25,799 nucleotides of DNA, taken from IMG/VR virus record IMGVR_UViG_3300038312_000375, positions 1 through 25,799 of that record; one strand, given 5' to 3'. Under the pieces are notes generated by a model. The model saw only the letters and a list, made by a program, of their open reading frames with translations, was not told the DNA's origin and ran no database searches. Of the stretch, positions 16,611-22,803 are shown one piece after another. Position 1 is the stretch's first letter. Every line of letters begins with the position of its first letter. This DNA comes from a virus (Duplodnaviria; Caudoviricetes). The position numbers and the translations under genes are program-made.

Positions 16611-17498
16611 ATGAAAATCGAAAATGATGCCGCACGTTACTATTCCCCAAGCCTGAACAAGTATGTGCTCGAAGAAAAAGACAGGCCGGATGATTGTATC
16701 GTGGAAAAATTCACCGGATTCCAAAACAAATACGGCACGCCTGTTTTTGACGGAGATGTCGTTTGCAGAAGACAGTTTTTTAACCATCAAAAATTTGAAA
16801 TTTATCACATAATCCGTTACGATCCGGAAACCCGAAAAACGACAGCATGCTACTGTCCCGACAGGATATATGGAAAGGATTGTGTAATTTTCGATACATC
16901 TGTTGATTTGTCATCCACCCCCGAATGGATACGAAATGAATTCGTTCTTTGTAATATTCATGACTTTGACTTCAAATGTTGTTGCTCGTTTGACCACAGA
17001 GCCGACGGTTCATTGCTTGAAATAGAATCTTTGGTCCCCGATATTTTGGTCTGTAAAAAGATCATGGAAGCAAATTTTCTGGAATTCCGTTTCAGTATAT
17101 TTGTATGGTCATACAATCCGTTTGAGGGAAGATGGAAAATTGAGTTTCATTCGGAGGCTGATATGACAAAGGGGCATACTATCCTTTTCGCTCCGACAGC
17201 TGAGGAGATCATGAAAAAACTTCCGGATACAATCGAAGATTATGACAAAACGATACTCCATGATTTTATTACAGAAGATGCGTTCAAAGAAAAAGGTGGA
17301 TTACATTTGAAAATAGAAAAAAATATTGACGATATATCGTCAAATTATGCCATCGACTATCTCGACAACGGAGCTTCAGTCGGATTGTCATTTGGCGAAT
17401 GCAGTAGCGAACAACTGGCTACAGGCCTGCTCGGCGCGTGGTTTTTTGTGCAAAAAAATGAAGAAAGAAAGGTTGAAAATGAAAACAGCAAAAAATGA
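16611..17498 (+). CDS. YopX-like N-terminal domain hypothetical protein
   Basis: KFTGFQNKYGTPVFDGDVV resembles the YopX motif; AT-rich gene. Confidence 0.6.
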   Translation: MKIENDAARYYSPSLNKYVLEEKDRPDDCIVEKFTGFQNKYGTPVFDGDVVCRRQFFNHQKFEIYHIIRYDPETRKTTACYCPDRIYGKDCVIFDTSVDLSSTPEWIRNEFVLCNIHDFDFKCCCSFDHRADGSLLEIESLVPDILVCKKIMEANFLEFRFSIFVWSYNPFEGRWKIEFHSEADMTKGHTILFAPTAEEIMKKLPDTIEDYDKTILHDFITEDAFKEKGGLHLKIEKNIDDISSNYAIDYLDNGASVGLSFGECSSEQLATGLLGAWFFVQKNEERKVENENSKK

Positions 17499-17760
17499 TC
17501 CCGGCTTAAAAGTCGGAGACAAGATTAGACATCGCTGCACATGGATTGATGAGAACGATAAGCTTGTTACAGGAAACTATGGCGAAAATTTCACCATCAC
17601 GAAAGTGAACAGCCGATCTTTCTATACGGAGCGAAAAGAAGGAACAGCGAAGTTCTCAACAAGTGATGGATGGGATTACATCACTTTTCAAAAAGAAGAT
17701 GATATATGGATGGCGACCGCGTCGCTTGGAAAAATCCCGCGACCTGAAAAACAATCGTAA
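17479..17760 (+). CDS. Hypothetical protein
   Basis: ATG 17479 after AAGG, overlapping the upstream gene end; LKVGDKI beta-rich start. Confidence 0.6.
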   Translation: MKTAKNDPGLKVGDKIRHRCTWIDENDKLVTGNYGENFTITKVNSRSFYTERKEGTAKFSTSDGWDYITFQKEDDIWMATASLGKIPRPEKQS

Positions 17761-17811
17761 TGCTCACAACCGTCACGTACTGATAATATGGAGGGTTGAC
17801 ATAAAATTCAT

Positions 17812-17840
17812 TTGCCGGAATTTTCCGGCATAATCATAAT
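17812..17840 (+). promoter_or_regulatory. Possible sigma70 promoter TTGCCG-N17-CATAAT overlapped by palindrome TGCCGGAA-TT-TTCCGGCA
   Basis: Exact 17-nt spacing; palindrome at 17813-17830. Confidence 0.4.
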
Positions 17841-17897
17841 TTTTTTCTCACCATGGACACGATGGTATGCGTCTTGCGCTGTCCATAACCTGACAGG

Positions 17898-17970
17898 GAC
17901 ACATCACGGAATTTTCAAAAGAGAATCTCTTTTGAATACCTGCGATGTGTCTTTTTTTTTGTTTTTTTTT
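17898..17970 (+). terminator. Long hairpin plus T-tract, intrinsic terminator-like
   Basis: GACACATC/GATGTGTC outer stem, TTCAAAAGAGA/TCTCTTTTGAA inner stem, then T9-G-T9. Confidence 0.65.
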
Positions 17971-17974
17971 CTGA

Positions 17975-18019
17975 AAAGCGAGAATATTTTTCCATTTTCT
18001 GGATATATACCCGGCGTGA
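17975..18019 (+). promoter_or_regulatory. Putative phage sigma-dependent promoter, rightward copy
   Basis: Same 18-bp and 20-bp blocks as 9598-9642; lies 34 nt upstream of the MTase ATG. Confidence 0.65.
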
Positions 18020-18053
18020 AGAAAAATGATAACATCACATCGGGAGATATTCA

Positions 18054-20168
18054 ATGAACTATGGAAGCGTATGCAGCGGCGTTGAGGCGGCAAGTCTCGC
18101 TTGGAAGCCGCTCGGATGGACGGCAAAATTTTTTGCGGAGGTCGAGCCGTTCCCGTCGGCGGTGCTGTGTCACCGTTTCGGAGCGACGCGGCCGCTGCGG
18201 CCGCTTGCCCCGGCAGACGCGCACAGCGAAAAAGACCGCAAGCTCCGCGAATCGTGGGCGAAGCAGATCGCCGGACTGCCGCCTTGCGGAACCACTCCGA
18301 ATCTCGGCGACTTTACCCTAATAAAGAAAGATGATTATAATGGAGAAATTGACTTGCTCGTCGGGGGCTGTCCCTGCCAATCGTACTCGGTGGCCGGACT
18401 CAGAAAAGGACTTGCCGATCCGCGCGGAAACCTCACCCTTGAATTTGTCAAACTGGCTTATCGGACAAAAGCCCGAATCGTCGTTTTTGAAAACGTGCCG
18501 GGTATCCTCAGCAGCGGTGACTGCGGAAGCGATTTTGCCGGATTCTTATCGATCCTGTGCGGATGGGAAGTCAAACCTCCCAAAGACGGCTGGAGAAAAT
18601 GCGGCATCGTCACCAACGCGCCCGGATGTTTCGGGGTGGCGTGGCGAATACTTGACGCTCAATATACCAGAGTTCCCGAATTTCCAAGGGCGGTTCCGCA
18701 GCGACGGCGACGTCTCATCCTTGTCGGACATCTTGATAACTGGCTCTATCCCGCCAAAGTATTATTTGACGGCGAAATGTGCGGTGGGGATACTCCGCCG
18801 CGCCGAACGAAGAGGGAAAGACTTGCCGCCGATCCTGAAAGCGGCGCTGATTCGGCAGTCCAGGCTCACCGCGAATGCATAGACATCCGTCAGATCAATG
18901 TGCAGGAGCGGAATCTTGCGCCAACGCTGATCGCCACCGATTACAAGGGCGGTAAAGCGGTCTCTTTTTACACCCAGAGGAAAGCCGAAAGCATGGTTCC
19001 GCTGGACGAATGTTCCAACACACTGGTCAACGGAACCTGTCCGGGGCATCAGAATGCGGTATGCTTTGAGCACAATCCGACCGATGCCCGGTTGAAAGAA
19101 GTTCCAGTGTCGCCAACTGTTCTTGGCCGATGGGGAACGGGCGGGAACCAGACTCCGGTTGTTCTTGAAAATCAAAATCCCTCCGCCGCGCCGGATGAAA
19201 ACAGGCGCGATGAAGCGCAACGCAAAGACGGCGAACCGTCAAGAAACGGTGCGGCGGAGGTCATTCCGAAACAGATGGAACTGGTTGCTTTTATCAAGAA
19301 CGATGCCGGGGGCGATCAGGACGGCTATTGGGAGGATGTTTTCCCGACCGTCCGCAGTCAGGTCACCCCGGCGGTCGCATACAACGTCACTTTTTGCGAT
19401 GCCAACGGCACTCGGAAAGATCGTCCGGACGGCGGCCTTTACGTCACTCCGGCGGATGCCAGCAAAACCGTTACCACTGGCGGCACGAATGCCGAAACGG
19501 TGGTGGTCGCTCTTGACGGGGATAAAATGGGCAAAGCCGAGCGCAAAGGCGGTTCCGGTCTTGGAGTCAGTGAAGATGAAGTGATGTACACACAGACGGT
19601 AAAAGACGTTCATGCCGTGGCATACCGGGAGAAAATGTCCGTGGTTGACATGATGGGCGGCAAAGGCCGCTGCGGCGTCAGTCAGACCGATGTAAGTCCG
19701 GTCATCAGCGCGGATACGCAATCCCACGCGGTTGCCCGGAATGAATGTATTCCGCTGGATTTGCGGAATGCCACCCGCGACCCGGAAAAACATGACGCGG
19801 TCAACCGGCAGGGAGTCGGCATCGGCGAAGACGGCGATCCTATGAATACGGTAACTGCATCAAGTGTTCCGGGCATCGGATGGCAGGCGACGGTCCGCAG
19901 ACTGCTTCCCGTTGAATGCGAAAGGCTGATGGGCTTTCCCGACAATCACACCCGCATCCCCTGGAAAGGTTTGCCGGAAGAGGAATGTCCGGACGCTCCC
20001 CGATACAAGGCTTGCGGCAACAGCATGTGCGTGAATGTGATGTCCTGGGTCGGACAGAGAATTCAAATGATGGAAAGAGAAATTCCCTCACGTGAGGGAA
20101 TAAATGACCCCGAAAAACCAGAAACTGCCACAGGTGTGGCAGTTTTCAACCACGGAGGAAATCAATGA
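18054..20168 (+). CDS. DNA cytosine-5 methyltransferase with a long variable region
   Basis: Motif I SVCSGVEA, IV GGCPCQSYS, VI FENVPG, VIII PQRRRR, IX RRLLPVECERLMGFPD, X YKACGNSM. Confidence 0.93.
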   Translation: MNYGSVCSGVEAASLAWKPLGWTAKFFAEVEPFPSAVLCHRFGATRPLRPLAPADAHSEKDRKLRESWAKQIAGLPPCGTTPNLGDFTLIKKDDYNGEIDLLVGGCPCQSYSVAGLRKGLADPRGNLTLEFVKLAYRTKARIVVFENVPGILSSGDCGSDFAGFLSILCGWEVKPPKDGWRKCGIVTNAPGCFGVAWRILDAQYTRVPEFPRAVPQRRRRLILVGHLDNWLYPAKVLFDGEMCGGDTPPRRTKRERLAADPESGADSAVQAHRECIDIRQINVQERNLAPTLIATDYKGGKAVSFYTQRKAESMVPLDECSNTLVNGTCPGHQNAVCFEHNPTDARLKEVPVSPTVLGRWGTGGNQTPVVLENQNPSAAPDENRRDEAQRKDGEPSRNGAAEVIPKQMELVAFIKNDAGGDQDGYWEDVFPTVRSQVTPAVAYNVTFCDANGTRKDRPDGGLYVTPADASKTVTTGGTNAETVVVALDGDKMGKAERKGGSGLGVSEDEVMYTQTVKDVHAVAYREKMSVVDMMGGKGRCGVSQTDVSPVISADTQSHAVARNECIPLDLRNATRDPEKHDAVNRQGVGIGEDGDPMNTVTASSVPGIGWQATVRRLLPVECERLMGFPDNHTRIPWKGLPEEECPDAPRYKACGNSMCVNVMSWVGQRIQMMEREIPSREGINDPEKPETATGVAVFNHGGNQ
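18331..18882 (+). CDS. Nested alternative-frame protein (M.EcoHK31I beta-subunit-like)
   Basis: C-terminus SLSDIL..G.IPPKYYLTAKCAVGILRRAERRGKDLPPILKAAL is a motif I recognise from ORFs nested in phage C5 MTases; start may be ATG 18340. Confidence 0.65.
   Translation: MIIMEKLTCSSGAVPANRTRWPDSEKDLPIRAETSPLNLSNWLIGQKPESSFLKTCRVSSAAVTAEAILPDSYRSCADGKSNLPKTAGENAASSPTRPDVSGWRGEYLTLNIPEFPNFQGRFRSDGDVSSLSDILITGSIPPKYYLTAKCAVGILRRAERRGKDLPPILKAALIRQSRLTANA
20082..20101. repeat. Perfect 20-bp palindrome ATTCCCTCACGTGAGGGAAT
   Basis: Read directly from the sequence. Confidence 0.8.
20122..20145. promoter_or_regulatory. 24-bp palindrome AAACTGCCACA-GG-TGTGGCAGTTT, copy 2
   Basis: Exact reverse complement of 7115-7138. 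Confidence 0.6.
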
Positions 20169-20377
20169 GTGAAGTCGAACCCGAATGCCTTGAATGCGCC
20201 CGTCAGTATGAGGAGCTTCTTTCCGATTACCGGCATTTGAAAAAGAAAATCCGCAAAATGCGGAAATCCTTTGCGGCGATTGAGTGTGCGCTCACGCATA
20301 AATGCGACCGTTACGCTGAGTTCATCATCGGGGAATGCGAGGCACATCGCGGCAAATACGAACCGGACGGGTGCTGA
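20165..20377 (+). CDS. Hypothetical protein
   Basis: GGAGG RBS; ATGA overlap with the MTase stop. Confidence 0.7.
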   Translation: MSEVEPECLECARQYEELLSDYRHLKKKIRKMRKSFAAIECALTHKCDRYAEFIIGECEAHRGKYEPDGC

Positions 20378-20485
20378 AAAAGGCATCCGGAAAGTTGTTT
20401 TCACCCGATAAAGTCAAAAAGAAGTATAAAATAATCCAATATAATATATCATGCAAATCGCATGATTGCAAGGAAGGAAATTTGA

Positions 20486-20686
20486 ATGCCGGAAGAAACT
20501 CAAATTGAGGATGCGATCAAGCGGAATGCGTCCGGGCCGAAGTCCGCCGAAGTGGACGGGCAGAAGGTCGAACAGCATTCGCTGCAGGATCAGATAGCGG
20601 CTGACGAATACCTCGCGTCGAAAAAGGCGGTAAAATCCCGCAACAGCGGCCTGAAGATCAGTAAACTTTGCCATTCAGGGGCGTAG
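20486..20686 (+). CDS. gpW-like head completion protein
   Basis: GPKSAEVDGQKVEQHSLQDQIAADEYL; sits directly before a lambda-type portal. Confidence 0.7.
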   Translation: MPEETQIEDAIKRNASGPKSAEVDGQKVEQHSLQDQIAADEYLASKKAVKSRNSGLKISKLCHSGA

Positions 20687-20696
20687 AGGTGTTCTT

Positions 20697-22148
20697 ATGT
20701 TCAACAAACTGAAAACAATGTTCCGGACGCGGACGCCGCCGAAAACGGTTCTCCCGGTTGTCCGGGCGCGGTTTGACGCGGCGCAGACGACGCGGGACAA
20801 TTTGAAGCATTGGGCGGCGGCCGATCACCTTTCCGCCGACGAGGAGGCAAGGCCGGAAGTCCGGCGGACGCTGCGGATGCGGGCGCGGTATGAGGTCGCG
20901 AACAATTCTTATGCCAAAGGCTTGGTTCAAATGCTTGCCAATGACACGATTGGAACGGGACCGCGACTGCAAATGCTCTCCGGCGACGAGGATTTCAACG
21001 ACGAGGTGGAAACTGCGTTTATCCGTTGGAGCGATGCCGTGAATCTCGCGGCAAAGCTCCGCACCATGCGGATGAGCCGCTGTCAGGACGGAGAAGCGTT
21101 TGCGGTGTTGGCGACGAATCCCAAAGTGCGGCATCCGGTGAAACTGGATCTGATGCTGATCGAGGCCGACCGGATATCCGGCGATTTGAAATGGCTGGAC
21201 GACGACACGAGCGTCGACGGGATCAGTTTCGATCACTGGGGCAATCCGGTGGATTACCGGGTGTTGAAATACCACCCCGGCGACATTCACTATATGCCCG
21301 GTGACGATGCCATCCATGTACCTTCGGAATATATGCTTCACATTTTCCGGCAGGACAGACCGGGATTGCACCGGGGAGTACCCGAACTGGCAGCGGCCCT
21401 TCCGCTATTCGCCCAGTTGCGCCGGTACAACCTCGCAGTCCTGTCGGCTGCGGAGGCGGCCGCCGATTTTGCGGCGATCCTTTACACGGACGCGCCGCCG
21501 AACGGCGAATCGGACGAAGTCGAGCCGATGGACAGCATTCCCTTGGAACGCAATATGATGCTGACCGTCCCGGCTGGCTGGAAGATGGGGCAGCTTGATC
21601 CGAAACAGCCTGCCGCGAACCACAGCGAGTTTGTAAAAATCATTCTTGCGGAAATTGCCCGGTGCGTCTGTTCGACCTACGGCACGCTGGCTGGTGATTT
21701 TTCCGGTCACAATTACGCCAGCGGACGGCTGGACAATCAGATTTACCACAAAAGTATTCTGGTTGACCGGAGCTTCTGGGAGACGGAAGTCCTTAACCGG
21801 ATTTTTGAGGTGTGGTTCCGGGAGTATTTGTTGACGCAACATATTGCGTCTGAAGAAATACGACATTTCTGGTACTGGGACTCGTTCGTCCACGTGGACC
21901 CGCTGAAAGAGGCAAACGCACAACGTGTTCGACTTGAGAATAATACAACGACGATTGCCGCCGAATGCGCACGGGACGGGAGAGATTATCTTTCCGTTCT
22001 GCGGCAGAGAGCCAAGGAATATGATTTGATGCGTGAATTGGGTATTCCTATTCCCGACACGATGACCTCCGAAGGCAATCAGCCGGATGAGAAAGAAAAA
22101 CAAGGTTCCGAATTAGAAAATCTTGATGGTTCCGAACCGAAAGAATAA
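20697..22148 (+). CDS. Phage portal protein, lambda family
   Basis: LR.RAR....NN.YA, DGEAF, RG.P...A, GDFS..NYASGR, VDPLKE, CARDGRDY..VL.QRA.E. Confidence 0.93.
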   Translation: MFNKLKTMFRTRTPPKTVLPVVRARFDAAQTTRDNLKHWAAADHLSADEEARPEVRRTLRMRARYEVANNSYAKGLVQMLANDTIGTGPRLQMLSGDEDFNDEVETAFIRWSDAVNLAAKLRTMRMSRCQDGEAFAVLATNPKVRHPVKLDLMLIEADRISGDLKWLDDDTSVDGISFDHWGNPVDYRVLKYHPGDIHYMPGDDAIHVPSEYMLHIFRQDRPGLHRGVPELAAALPLFAQLRRYNLAVLSAAEAAADFAAILYTDAPPNGESDEVEPMDSIPLERNMMLTVPAGWKMGQLDPKQPAANHSEFVKIILAEIARCVCSTYGTLAGDFSGHNYASGRLDNQIYHKSILVDRSFWETEVLNRIFEVWFREYLLTQHIASEEIRHFWYWDSFVHVDPLKEANAQRVRLENNTTTIAAECARDGRDYLSVLRQRAKEYDLMRELGIPIPDTMTSEGNQPDEKEKQGSELENLDGSEPKE

Positions 22149-22216
22149 CCATACACTGCTGGGCTTTGCTGGGCGATGCGGGGCTTTCCCCTGCCAGGCA
22201 AACCGAGGCAAACCAA
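22147..22216 (+). repeat. Phased pentamer array, 14 units with an invariant C (mostly GGC/TGC/ACC + NN); candidate guide ncRNA
   Basis: aacca tacac tgctg ggctt tgctg ggcga tgcgg ggctt tcccc tgcca ggcaa accga ggcaa accaa. Confidence 0.7.
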
Positions 22217-22227
22217 GGAATTTTATC

Positions 22228-22803
22228 ATGAAGGAAATCAATACACAAATCAGAGGGACAACACCATTGCTGTGCAACAGCTTTACGGATGCTGCTCAAA
22301 TTGCGGCAAGCTCTGGAAGCAAAAGCTCCATGATGGGCGACAAAGGCTCTCCGAGAACTCAGGCTGAACAAAAACTGTATCTTGGCATGAACGGAAATCC
22401 GATGATTCCACAGCCGAATATGTTCCGGTGTTTGATTGATGCCGGGAAATATTTCAAATTGGGAAAAAGCAAGGTAACGACCATCAAATCGAGCCTGATT
22501 CCGGCATGTCTTGAAATTGAAGGTGTGGAAATTCCCATTATCCACGATGAGCCGTGGGAAGTGGACACACGAGCAGTGAGAATTCCTGCCACCGGCGGCC
22601 GGATTCTCTGCTATCGTCCCAAATTCAACGACTGGAGTTTATGCTTCACCATGCGTCTTGATGATGACGTGATGACGTGTGAACTGTTGCGCGAGATTTT
22701 GGATGCAGCCGGAAAACGAATTGGCCTCGGAGACTTCCGTCCCGATTGCAAAGGCCCGTTTGGAAAATTTGTAGTAACCCATTGGGAGGAAAAAGCAAAT
22801 TGA
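22228..22803 (+). CDS. Stand-alone Cas7/RAMP-like protein
   Basis: IRGTTPLL first strand, LY...GNPMIPQPNMFRCLIDAG, RPKFNDWSL.F and C-terminal G-loop AGKRIGLGDFRP..KGPFGKFVV; AAGGA RBS before ATG 22228 (191 aa). Confidence 0.7.
   Translation: MKEINTQIRGTTPLLCNSFTDAAQIAASSGSKSSMMGDKGSPRTQAEQKLYLGMNGNPMIPQPNMFRCLIDAGKYFKLGKSKVTTIKSSLIPACLEIEGVEIPIIHDEPWEVDTRAVRIPATGGRILCYRPKFNDWSLCFTMRLDDDVMTCELLREILDAAGKRIGLGDFRPDCKGPFGKFVVTHWEEKAN

Noticed and set aside
17796-17801. Perfect TTGACA -35 hexamer
   Set aside because: No acceptable -10 at 16-18 nt spacing.
9598-18019. 45-bp inverted repeats as transposon ends or invertase sites
   Set aside because: No transposase or recombinase lies between them, the central 7 nt differ, and both sit at promoter distance from start codons.
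22147-22216. CRISPR array or simple microsatellite
   Set aside because: No 25-40 bp repeats with spacers. The units vary at fixed positions rather than being slippage-identical, although a partial 10-nt duplication pattern exists.
22123-22227. N-terminal extension of the RAMP-like ORF as called by the ORF track
   Set aside because: It is just the translation of the pentamer array; the RBS supports ATG 22228.
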